Origin: Leidyana gryllorum EB-2025a
Lineage: Eukaryota; Protista; Apicomplexa
Reading direction: 5' to 3'
DNA: 64,000 nucleotides
Assembly (NCBI GenBank): GCA_048772705.1
Contig: JBLWGC010000036.1
Span: forward strand, 270,175-334,174
Below, one piece after another: positions 41,270 through 52,288 of this stretch. A program made the translations under genes and the position numbers. How positions within the stretch are numbered: the first letter of the stretch is position 1; the number at the start of each line of letters is the position of its first letter. The notes beneath the pieces are model-generated. The model was not told where the DNA came from. It did no database searches and saw only the letters and a program-made list of their open reading frames with translations.

Positions 41270-42773
41270 TTAAGAGGAGGTTTCCTCTGACGACACTGCC
41301 GGTTTGGCCACAGGCTTGCGCTCTTCGCCACCCGCCTGGCCAGATGCCGCCGACACGTTTTGTGGATTCACAAGAAAATCACTCTCGTATCGGGGAGTCC
41401 TCCGAAAACGACTGAACTGAGTCCCCCAGCTGGTATTGGCCGCCGGAGTGGCCGAAGGGACCACTATCCGTTGACGTCGCTCAGTGTCGTACGAACTGAT
41501 GAACGGGGAGGACGCAGTGGGCGACGCTGGCTTGCTCTCCTGCTCAGCCGTCGAAGCTGTTAGGGTGGGGGGTTTGGGCGGGAGCAGAGGCGACAGCGAT
41601 AAGGTCGGAGCTTGTTGACTGTGACAACGGGGTCGGAAAGGGCTCGAGGGCGACTCTTCGGCTGTCTGTTCCTCGAGAATAGGCCTCGAATTCGCGGTTT
41701 GTTGTTCGAGATTCATCCTCTCATACGCCGCGACTCGGGCTCGCGAAAGGCTGCTCACTCGTCTCCGTGGCGCTCGGGTCCCTTCCACCGAATCCGGCTG
41801 GGATCGCGCCTGGAGCAAACTGTCGCCCGGATGCTCCCCTTCCGGCAGGGCAAAGTTGTACGGCAGCCGTTTCAAATTCCGCAATACTGTTAACTTCACC
41901 ATCTCCGTGTCTATATTTTCTCGGATACGCTCAGCCTCAAGCAGCTCTCTGCGTCTCTCGACTGCCAATTGCTCCCGCATCCGCAGCAAAGCCCGAGTGA
42001 TCCGCCCTTCAATAACCTGAGCCACGGCATCTTGTTCTCGAGGCCGTCGTCGCCGAGGGGCAGCTACCGGAGCCTCCATGTCTTCAGATGGCGGCTGATC
42101 AGCTTGTGGTCTCCGTCGTTGGCGCCTCGCGCGCAGGGAGGCCTCAATTCCGTTGTATCGGGTCGAGGCTGCCACAGAGTCAGCCATCGCATTCTCCAAG
42201 TTATATTCGGTTTGAGTATAGTCAGCATCGTTGGACTCGTTTTGAGGAGTATCTTCCTCCTCGTAATAGAAGAAATTCTCATCTCCGTCTTCTTCTTGTT
42301 CGAGGGTGTCACTGAGAAAAACCTGCTTCACGTGTCTCACATCGATCAGAACCCCATTGGTTCGATACATTCCGAGTTGACTGAATCGTAGACGGCATTG
42401 CGGGCAGGATGTGTCTCTCCGAGCCCAGAACTGACATGACAGCATTATTTCAGAGCGGCATCATGGGAGGTTATGACTCACCTTGATGCAATTGGGGTGA
42501 AATAAGTGCTGGCATATGTCAGGCTGTCCAATGAGCACTAAATCATCTTCTGGATTGTAACCGGCTTCAGTATTGTCCACCAAAGGCAAAAGACAGGCGC
42601 CTACCGTTCAAGAAAATCCAAAGATAAGCTTCTGATCCCTAAGGCTTACCACAATCCTCAGTAGTCAGCTTTTCTAGGTGTAAATGTACAGCGGGGAAGC
42701 TGGTGGAGTCAATTCGACGCCGTTTGAGGCGGTCCTGCAGTCCGCCAGCACTCCCTTTACCTGTTGTGGACAT
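41270..42773 (-). CDS. RING-H2 (C3H2C3) E3 ligase-like protein with long disordered C-terminus
   Basis: Splicing two short introns yields C-GA-C...C-Q-H-LF-H-PN-C-IK-F-W...C-PQ-C. ATG at 42773. Confidence 0.85.
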
Positions 42774-42775
42774 TT

Positions 42776-42787
42776 TATATATATATA
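42776..42787. promoter_or_regulatory. (TA)6 element between divergent RING and SNARE genes
   Basis: TATATATATATA lies in the 66-nt gap between ATG 42773 (-) and ATG 42840 (+). Confidence 0.4.
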
Positions 42788-42839
42788 CAACTGCTATCTA
42801 AGGGGTTATTGAATTTGGAATGCTTTTCAGTCAGAGTTG

Positions 42840-43879
42840 ATGGTGTCGCACCAAAATTACAGTCAGTTCATGCAGGATGAAGACGAGCGATATCTAAACC
42901 TATGTGGCAAGATTAAGCGGAGGATAGAATGGATGCGTGATGCTGCTCAAGAATTCAGTGACGTAAGCGCTAAAAGGAGGGTGCCGTGCCCGAATGCTCG
43001 ATTCACCACGACAGCCTCCTGCATTCGGAGGAAATAGCTCCTCGACGGATATGACATCTCGAATGCGAGTAGTCCATAGCATTGTTCGAAGCACACGCAG
43101 TGACCTTTCGCGTCTCCACAATCTCGCCACACTCGACTACCTAAATGAAGCGGAGAAGGTATGTGCATAGTCAAAGTACGTTGCTCAAGTCATGTCTTTC
43201 TCTACAGTCTAAACGCCAACAAATGTGCCGGGCCCTCTCTGCAGCCCTACATCATGCTTTGAAAGCAATCGAGCTACGGGCCAGTCGAGGTGAGCAGCGG
43301 CAGATCTCGGCCTTTTGTTATAAGATCCTCATGTAAGGCTTGGGGTCAACTACTACTGGGAGCCGGCGACCCTCCTCGATGAGTCAGTCGAGTATGACCA
43401 GCGCCAAGCAGTCTCTGGGAGCTGTAGGGGGCAACGAATTCGTACGGGTTGAAATATCGGATGCCAGCGTTAGCGGCGAGAACACTGACCTCGAAGAACA
43501 AGCCAATTTGTTGACAAGTTTGCAACGTGACATTGAACATATTGCCCAAATGCAGCGAGACTTCAGCTCAATTGTGGCCGCAGGGACTGAGGATTTAGCA
43601 CAGATTGAGGCATCTGCTTCGACAGCATTGCTTCAGGTGTCGGACGCTCATGCTCAGCTGACTGTTGCTTCCGAGACGGAGTCTTCCCGGAGATTCACCT
43701 TGTAAGTTGCCAGTGGAAGGGGGGAACAGGGCGTGTGTATGTCGTGTTTGTGTCTCCTAGTGGCACTGTGTCTGTGTGGTAGCGGTAAATTGAGGGTAAG
43801 ACGATGCGATTGCAGGCTGGTGGTGATCGGTGTAGTGATATTCGCATTGACCATTGCGGCCCTAGTCATGTTTTTGTGA
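42840..43879 (+). CDS. Atypical syntaxin-like Qa-SNARE, tail-anchored, multi-exon
   Basis: SNARE heptads LTSLQRDIEHIAQMQRDFSSIVAAGTEDLAQIE, and a final exon encoding the TM LVVIGVVIFALTIAALVMFL* (stop 43879). Confidence 0.75.
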
Positions 43880-43892
43880 GCATAAAAATCTG

Positions 43893-44852
43893 ATGGCCGC
43901 CGCTCCAGCTGGCGGAGAGTCGCGAGCACTGGGAGCGTGGGTTGTGAGAGATAATGTAGAACCTCCACCTTATTGGAGATATCAAACCTTGCTGTTTGGA
44001 CGGTCTGCGATGATCTTGGGGGCTGTATATCTATTCGAGTACCTGTTTAGAAGACATCCGAACATCTTACCACTCATATGCAGATCGCTGAACGACTCGC
44101 AGCGACGCCTGAAGGTTTTCAACATCGAGATCAGTGGCAATGTGCGCCGAGCGACAACGCGCATTATAAGCGGGTATTTATGGGTGCTACGGGCCGCAGT
44201 AGTCGTCGTTGTCTGTTACATCTGGGACGCGCTGATTGTGCGAACGGCCCAATTCGATCTGAGCCTGTCCTCCTCTTGGAACTCGGTGACCCTGAACTGT
44301 GCCACTGGATGGCATTGTTACGCTCTGAATTATCCAAGCGCGGTTGAGGGGCCCGGCGGACTGACAAAGGTGTCTGGAATCTCTCACTTCTTGAGAGTGT
44401 ACTTTGTTTGGGATCTAGTGGAGGTCTGTGACTACTTCTTTACTGCAGACGAGTTGGGTCCCTCGTTGGTACACGATCAAAGACACCGAGAAAATTCGGT
44501 ATCGTGCTGGTCAATCGGCACAAGTTCCTTCACTGAGATATGTGGAGGTCTGGGAGTTTGCTTTGCGATCGCTGGGCTAATCATCCTGGGCTTCGAGTGG
44601 CTGACCGCCCTTCTCCTACGGCACCGGAGCAAGCGTCCGCGATTCAATCTGTACACGTGCGTCAAAGTGCTGATGCTGTTGTTTCTGATATCATGGGTGT
44701 TTGTACTGGTCTGGGAGGCGTTGACTGCCATATCGGTCTGGACGGTGCACCTGACCTCGTTGGTGGCTCCCATCCTCTTTTGGCAAGCCGCGTCGGTGGC
44801 GCAGATACTACAAGCGGAGTTGCAACTACTGGATGACGCCAAGGCAGCGTAA
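43893..44852 (+). CDS. Multi-pass membrane hypothetical protein (319 aa), intronless
   Basis: ATG-initiated ORF with about 5 hydrophobic segments and a Cys-containing loop. Confidence 0.75.
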   Translation: MAAAPAGGESRALGAWVVRDNVEPPPYWRYQTLLFGRSAMILGAVYLFEYLFRRHPNILPLICRSLNDSQRRLKVFNIEISGNVRRATTRIISGYLWVLRAAVVVVVCYIWDALIVRTAQFDLSLSSSWNSVTLNCATGWHCYALNYPSAVEGPGGLTKVSGISHFLRVYFVWDLVEVCDYFFTADELGPSLVHDQRHRENSVSCWSIGTSSFTEICGGLGVCFAIAGLIILGFEWLTALLLRHRSKRPRFNLYTCVKVLMLLFLISWVFVLVWEALTAISVWTVHLTSLVAPILFWQAASVAQILQAELQLLDDAKAA

Positions 44853-45268
44853 GTTCCCGGCGTTCGGCTGGACGTTATTCAGGGTGTTCACAGGGCGTTG
44901 GCGAGTCCTGAAGTAGGCCTAGCATTGGACAAAGTGAGTGTTAGAACGCGCGCGCGCTAGACTGCCAAGTAACTGTTTGGCTTGCAGATCGCTGGTTCTA
45001 GAGGTCACTTGGATGAGGGGTCATTCGAGGACCTCCAGAATGGCGAGGTATCGCGTCGGGCTAGGTATAGACCCCGAGCACTTGTCGCCCGTTTTCGACG
45101 ACGGGCTGCACAAGAAGCCAGTTAGGAAACAAAAAAGGGGTCTCAAATAAACGAAACGTTGTGATCAGTCGGAGTCGAGTAACAAAAAACGCCTTGTTTT
45201 TTAGCACTGTTGCTTGCTGTGGTGTCCTACAGAAGCGTAGGACGTGGCCGATTCCTTAAAGAGAGAAG

Positions 45269-46502
45269 ATGTCAAGTGACGAACAAGTTCAGCAGCCCCC
45301 CCAAGACGCTATTGGGACCAACTGCGATGAAGTGGTCGAGACTTTTGAGGGCTTGAACCTCTGCGAGGGCCTGGTCCGTGGCATCTACGCCTACGGTTTC
45401 GAGAAGCCTTCTGCCATTCAGCAGAGGGGAATCAAGCCCATCCTGGAGGGTCACGACACCATCGGTCAGGCTCAGTCCGGTACTGGAAAGACTGCCACTT
45501 TCGCCATCGCCGCGATCCAGAAAGTGAACCTCAAGTTGTTCCAATGCCAAGCCCTTATCCTGGCGCCCACTCGTGAGTTGGCCCAGCAGATCCAGAAGGT
45601 CGTGCTCGCCCTCGGTAACTACCTCCGCATCCGCTGTCACGCCTGCGTCGGTGGTACCGATGTTCGCGAGGACGTCCACAAGCTCAAGGACGGAGTCCAC
45701 ATCGTCGTCGGTACCCCCGGCCGTGTGCTCGACATGGTTGTCAACCGCCAGTGCCTGTCCCTGAACAGCCTCAAGCTCTTCGTCCTCGACGAGGCCGATG
45801 AGATGCTTAGCCGTGGTTTCAAGAGCCAAATCCACGATGTCTTCCAGCACCTGCCCAACGACATCCAAGTTGCCCTCTTCTCCGCCACCATGCCCAATGA
45901 AATTCTCGAACTCACTCAGCGCTTCATGCGGAAACCTCGTATCATTCTGGTTAAGAAGGACGAGCTCACCCTCGAGGGTATCAAACAATTTTTCGTCCTG
46001 CTTGAGCACGAAGAGGAGAAGTACCAGACCCTCGCTGACCTTTACGAGACCATCGAAATCCAAGCCTGTATCATCTACGTCAACTCCCGTAGAAAGGTCG
46101 AGGAACTCGCTCAGCGCATGGTTGATGACTCTCACACTGTCTCTCGCATGGTAAGCCACATCAATTTTAGACTCCACCCGTCATATCTCTCCCCAACAGC
46201 ACGGTGAAATGCCCCAGAGCGAGCGTGAAGTGATCATGAAGGAGTTCCGTAGCGGTTCCAGTCGTGTCCTCATCACCACTGATCTGCTGGCCCGTGGAAT
46301 TGATGTCCAACAAGTCTCTCTGGTCGTCAATTACGACCTCCCAGGCTCTGTTGAAAACTACATCCACCGTATCGGCCGCAGTGGTCGTTTCGGTCGTAAG
46401 GGTGTGGCCATCAACTTTGTCACTCAGCACGACTACGACCAGCTTAAGTACATCGAGACTTACTACAACACTCAGATCGATCCCCTCCCCTCCGAGCTTT
46501 GA
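45269..46502 (+). CDS. eIF4A: Translation initiation factor eIF4A
   Basis: Motifs [48 protein letters not shown] and [15 protein letters not shown]. One intron at 46151-46199 and strong C-ending codon bias. Confidence 0.97.
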
Positions 46503-46572
46503 GAAGCCCTGTAGCTGTCTTTTTCATTAACTGAGAGCAAATACTAAAAACTGCTTACGCAGCCATTCGACC

Positions 46573-47545
46573 ATGTCTAGCCAGGCTCCAGTGCCCTCTC
46601 GTATGTACGGTGCTCCCTGTAGTAGACCGTAGATCATGCCCTTCCTCCCCCATGCAGGATGCTCCAGGCCTTCAAGGGCCGAAAGAAGGGAGCACAACAG
46701 GGACACTCACTCCTCAAGAAGAAGTCCGATGCTCTCACAGCCCGCTTCCGCGGGATGCTCAAAGAGATTGTGGACGTAAGCTCGGCCTCACCGCCGCCTG
46801 CCAATGCCTTTCAGACTAAGGGCGAGATGGGAGAGGAGATGAAAGAAGCCAGCTACTCCCTGGCTAAGGTCGCTTACGTGACGGATCAGGGTAGCAATTA
46901 CCAGAGCCAGATCATGCAAGCGGTCAAACGCCCTGCTGTCACATTGAAGTTGAGCACTGAGAATGTTGCCGGCGTTCGGCTCCCCGTCTTCCAGATGAAC
47001 ATTGACAACTCTGCTGACAGTGGGTGCCGCACACACGTTTCCTGTAATATTGCTGAGCCGTCAGTTCTGGGTAACATGGGTATCGCGCGCGGCCATCAAG
47101 TTCTGCAAAGTGCCCGGGATCGGTTCCTGCGCTCTCTAACATTGTTGGTGCGACTGGCGTCTATCCAAACTGCCTTCTTCACATTGGACGCGGAAATCAA
47201 GATGACTAATCGACGTGTGAATGCGCTGGACAATGTAAGGGTGCCGCTTGTCGATATAACAACGACTGCCACTCCAGGTTGTCATCCCGACCCTGGAGCA
47301 TAACATCAACTACATTTCGCGCGAACTCGACGAACAAGAACGCGAGGAGTTCTTCAGGTGAGCTGCTGAGCGAGCTGATGGGTTCCGACGTATGTCCTGA
47401 TAGGCTGAAGAAGATTCAGGGTAAGAAAAAGGCCAAAGCGGAGGCCGAAGAAGCCGAGAGGAAAACCTATGCAAAACGCTACGACGACGACCAGAATCAC
47501 TCTTCCACGATATTCGGGCAGAAGGACGCAGATATCATTTTCTGA
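46573..47545 (+). CDS. ATP6V1D: V-type ATPase subunit D
   Basis: Motifs GHSLLKKKSDALTARFR, ENVAGVRLPVF, LASIQTAFFTLD, TNRRVNALDN and ELDEQEREEFFRLKKIQ. Five introns. Confidence 0.96.
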
Positions 47546-47556
47546 GTATTGTCTCA

Positions 47557-48433
47557 ATGGAGAGTTTGTATGGTCTGAAAGAGGGGGACGCAGGCTTGCT
47601 GGTTTGTTCGGAGTTGCAATTTGCCTCCGTCATTGCGGAGGTCAGTTAACTGAGTTGCACTTTCGCTGCTTAGTATATCTCTGTTGCAGGTCGTTGCAGA
47701 GAGGGGTGAGAAAGCGGTGGTCGTCGTGGACGGGTATGGATGTTGGCTAGGCAATGACTTACTCCGATCAGTATCGCAGTTGGTTGTTCGTGACCGGAAG
47801 GAATTGGTGGCCGCCTTTGATGCTTGTTTGTGTGATGATCAGTTGATTCTTTGCATTCTGCCAACAACGCCTGATGTGGAAGACGCCTCCGCTTTCTTCG
47901 AGAGTGATATGTGGGGAAATATAACGACTGTGTTACCGTTCACTGCGTTGTATCCAATCACGGAGCAGTTACGTCAGTGTCACTCGGTGCTCCTATGCCT
48001 GCTCGGTGACACGGATCCATTTGTAGCGCCTCCCCCATCGCTTTTTGCGGCTACGATGCGACTTGGCCCCTCACTGGAGATTGTCGAACGGTCTGTTGAC
48101 CGGGGGGCAGTGTACAAACGGCAGCTGCAGACGTTTAGGCGGTCCCTACGAGAGGCTTTCAGCGGTCTGCAGACCTCCGAGGGAGAGTCTGGCGGCGGCG
48201 GCGGCGAACTGTTGCCCACTTCGGAGGCCAACATTCCGGTCTCTGATGAGGGAGGCGCGATCGCAATGCCTCTGTCTCCACGACAGGGATTATCGCTCTG
48301 CTCTCGCTTCGTCTCAGCCCCGCCTCCGCGGACGCCCAAAGGTGGCAAGAGTCCGAATGGAGTTGACGCTTCGTTTTGGTCAGATTTACAAGAATTGTTA
48401 TCGCCATCGTATCGTGAGGACCGAACTGACTGA
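47557..48433 (+). CDS. Hypothetical protein (~275 aa), two exons
   Basis: Exon MESLYGLKEG...VIAE at 47557, intron 47641-47689 (GTCAGT..TGCAG), then the 249-aa ORF frame. Confidence 0.65.
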
Positions 48434-48542
48434 CTGATTGATGAAAGAGTGGTTGGAGATCGATATGTTGGTAATATTCGATATTATTATTTATCATAAA
48501 AGCTTTTGGTCATTGGTGAATGGATCGGAGAGAATTATTACT

Positions 48543-49259
48543 TCACCAGCATGGGAACATGGGGATGTCCGCAAATCGAGACATCAATCCCGGTGTGCAG
48601 CATGGCTCTTCGGGGGTTGGGGGGCAGTCCATGTTGGATTGGCTGTCCCTGACGAGGTGAGGCTGTTCTTCCAAGTTGATGGGGTCCAGTTCTATTTCGC
48701 TGACCCGTGCTACTCGAAGGTCATCGTCGTCAGCTTCATCTTCGTCATATTCGCTGGTTTCTTCCTCCTCCTCGGTATACTCTTCTTCATCTTCGGCAAC
48801 TTCATAGTCGGCTACGCTGACGAGGTGAGTGGCCAAGTTTTTGATAAAGGCGCGGAATAGCTGCCAATGGCACTTGAGATTCTTGCGCCAGTAGTGGATG
48901 AGATATATGGTCCATTGCTGGAAAGGAACTTGGGCAAGACTTGGCTGGTTAACAAAATTCTGAAAGACGGCTTGGAGGGGTTTGGGTTGGGTGACGAGAT
49001 CGCAAGTGCTCTGGCCATAATGATATTTCCATAGGAGTCCCTCAACTAGTTTGAAAATGCATCTCTCTACCAGTGCCGTGCATATAGCCAGATCGGTCTG
49101 CCCCATCCGTTCCTCATTCTCTGCCCACAGTTCTTTGCACTCCTCAACGGCCGCAACCAAGAGGACCTTGAGCTCCAACGAAAGGTACCACCCCGGTTCC
49201 TCGCTACTCACTGGATCGTAGTCATAGATTCGATTCTTGATAATCTCAAGCCTCTCCAT
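48543..49259 (-). CDS. Hypothetical protein (238 aa) with acidic tract, intronless
   Basis: ATG-initiated ORF with a helical N-terminal domain and a D/E-rich tract. Confidence 0.7.
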   Translation of the reverse strand: MERLEIIKNRIYDYDPVSSEEPGWYLSLELKVLLVAAVEECKELWAENEERMGQTDLAICTALVERCIFKLVEGLLWKYHYGQSTCDLVTQPKPLQAVFQNFVNQPSLAQVPFQQWTIYLIHYWRKNLKCHWQLFRAFIKNLATHLVSVADYEVAEDEEEYTEEEEETSEYDEDEADDDDLRVARVSEIELDPINLEEQPHLVRDSQSNMDCPPTPEEPCCTPGLMSRFADIPMFPCW

Positions 49260-49282
49260 GACTGCGTAGTCCCAAATTTTTT

Positions 49283-50293
49283 TTAGCCGTCAAGTGCCGA
49301 TCTGTGGCGATAAAGATCATACTTAGGTTCAATGCAGCTGACTATTATGACCAGGTTCGCTGAGTCTGTACTCGTTGCGTCTGACTGAGTAACTGAGAAC
49401 ATAACACCGTAGCTGGAAAAGAAATCACCACAACTTCCCCAAATACGCTTGTAGACTGTGTCACTCTCCCGAAGTCGGCTCAGAATCAGTAACACAACAG
49501 AACCGACTTCTCGCTGCCAGTAAGAATATAGCTTGCCACCAGACCGACTAGCCATAAATTGAGGCAATCGTCATGTAGCCACCTCATTCAAACTCGATCC
49601 CGCACACAATTCTTCTCGGAATCTGTTGGAGTACAGTTCAATCCTGAGGTCGTGTCTCCCATCCACACACACGCGGGCGAACACATACACCAATCCGCCG
49701 AGAGACTCTGCTACAGCTGGAGGTAAGCTAAGGAGGCTATTGATTAGAACGGAAGCATTGCCGATCTGGGGCATTAGCAAAGCACATATCATATACCTCC
49801 TGCTGAGAGTTGCCGTTAAGCCGCCTGGCATTCTTCAACTTTAGTGCTCGGCTTCACCACTCCAGATTCCTTCCTGCTGGGAAGACATTCGGATTGCGGC
49901 AGAGGCAGCAGACTAAGTACAATTAAGGTACCACGGTCCGTTGCAGGGCCCGACACTGGTTGAGGTGACGCAAGGATGGGCGGGAATTAGAAGAGTGTTG
50001 GTGTCGTCACTATCATCACGGCTATCGTGATTGGTCTTTGAAGCCGATGTGGAATTTGGCAGTCGTGATTCCCGCCTGTTTCTGTCTGGTGTGGCTCCAA
50101 CATATATAGTACACAACAAGTTCGGGGGTCTATCGCCTAGTGAAGGGGACCGATTTTGTGGCCACAGAGACGAGGTGTCGTCTCTTGAGTTCGTCACTGT
50201 CACCACATCACTGTGTGAGCTCCATGAGACGATCAAGCCATTTTTGTGCTTTAGCCCCGACAGAATAGTGCAACATGATGATAGGAGAGGCAA
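49283..50293 (-). pseudogene. Possible decayed coding sequence
   Basis: Three ORFs (126, 86 and 94 aa) lie in the same frame separated by stops, with no convincing introns. The region could equally be non-coding. Confidence 0.2.
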
Positions 50294-50696
50294 AATGGCG
50301 GCGGATATCAGAGTTTGAAACGGAATCTGCTCCGATAGTCGGAAACACGGTGGAACGATAGGTCTGTCGTCTGCGATTGAACTTTATTGGTATCGGAATG
50401 TTGTGTCAACCGGGCGAGATTAGCCTTTGTGCTCAATAACGAACCAATAGGTCTATCTGTCAATTGTTCGAAAGCTTCCGTAAGCTCTCCCCCTCGCCCG
50501 TGTGCACCAGCGAGACGATAGACACCACACTTCCGACAGCCACGACAAAGAGCATTCAGCCAGGTAAAAAAGCACCCGCCTGAAATCTGATCACCGATGC
50601 CGAGACGGCGAGAGGGCAGGACTCTTCACCCAATTGAAGCTCGTAGTCAAAAAACCTCAGTGAAAAGACCGTCAATAACGCCAACTGCCGCCAGCC

Positions 50697-51227
50697 ATGT
50701 GCAACTGTTCCCAAGCACTCAAAGATCTATGGCGGGAGAATCGGACGACGCTCGTCGTACTTGTCATCGAGGGAGCGTCGTACTTTGCCCTGCTGGGATG
50801 CTTGATCTGGTATATCCGTCAGCACAGCCCAGCCCTGTCGAGAGGGGTGGCGGCCGACAGTTGGTGGGCGATGCTCGCGCAGACAGCCCTGAGCGCGGCG
50901 ATGGGCCAGTTGTAAGTTCGGGTTGATCTGATTGGTAACAGCCCTAATAGCGTACGTTTCATCTTCTTTAACTCGGTGAAGTGGTTGCTGAAGAAGTGTA
51001 CGCAACAAAACCCAGCCCAAGATGAATTCGAAGACCTGCTTAGGCGCCTAGAAATCTGCGGTCGGGATATGGTGCGCAACGCGAGGCAGGCCGCAAACGA
51101 CCCAAATGGCGCGGAACCGGTAACAGCGGCGCGCATCATTGGTGCGACCACTGCGGAAGTGGACGCCCAAGGCCGTCGAGCTGATACATCAAATCAAATT
51201 TACGACTACAAATCCAGTCGTATTTAA
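50697..51227 (+). CDS. Small membrane protein (~165 aa), two exons
   Basis: The 72-aa ORF ends at TT|GTAAGT. Either of two nearby AG acceptors restores the frame into the 83-aa ORF. Two hydrophobic segments. Confidence 0.65.
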
Positions 51228-52288
51228 TTCCAATGATCACAACAATGCCTCCAGATATTGGATGGATGTACAAATTGAATGTGAAGGAGTGACGTTGAAC
51301 AACTTCGTCCCCTCATACTGTTACCACAAATGTTGGACGCACACGACTATGAATGCTCTCAGCTGCCGACTGGCCACTTAGTTCTGACTTCGGGGTGTCG
51401 GCACAAGTAGGTGACCGGCCGTCTTTGGCAAACTGCCTCACCGAGTCTCACTCGCGTTGCTTTGTGCATCGGGGAGACGCTTGCGGGCGGGTCTGCTCCT
51501 GACGCCAGAAGCGCGTCCTTTCAGACTGCTTTCGGAAACCGCTGTCGCGACTCCTCCGTCTCCCTGGCGGCCTAAAACTCGATCTCTCGTCGGCCGACGG
51601 ACTCCAGCACAACGCGAATGATCTGATTGTGCGGGTTGACGGTGTCCTGCAGCGGAGTTCGGAAAGCGCAATCGAGGGGGGTCGGATGAAGTTAAGCATA
51701 TCTACAATATGTCGACACCGTCACGCCCTTCAGAGTCGGTAGAGGCTGACACACGCCACTCTCATTGTATTGGAACCATCATCGAACTGAGGACCGCGCA
51801 CCCTCCGTGCGCCTGCCTGCTCGACCAGGTAGCCAAAGCTGTAATGTCCCGCCGGGATCAGTGGTGCTCGGTATATGCAAAAATACGACAAACCCTGTGG
51901 TCCGCGAATGGCTTTCGGACGCGGAATGGAACGCTATTAGCAGACGACACTGAGAGTCCGCCTGTAAGTCGTGTAGTAAGCACAGAGATCGAGAATAGAC
52001 ATCAAGTGCCGTACTCAATGCTTTGAGGTCTCGAGCCTCGTCAACACCATACTATAAGGCACTTTATTTTTTCCTTCAGCAAACACTTACATCACTGTAG
52101 TGTGGACCTCACAGCTGCTGACATTCGACTGCTTAGTGCTCCCGATCCGGAAGCCTTACTTCGTGTTCATCTGCACAAGATTTGACTACACGTGCAGTAG
52201 TGGTCGTATTTTTATCTAACCGCAGAGCTCACCGAGACTGATTTTCACTCTGAAGTGATAAGCAAAGAAAGCCGTTGACCGGCGAACT

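Noticed and set aside
45184-45202. AAAAAAC-GCCTT-GTTTTTT hairpin upstream of eIF4A
   Set aside because: Short A/T stem expected by chance; no evidence of function.
45272-46177. 301-aa antisense ORF over eIF4A
   Set aside because: Shadow ORF produced by the strong codon bias of eIF4A; no independent features.
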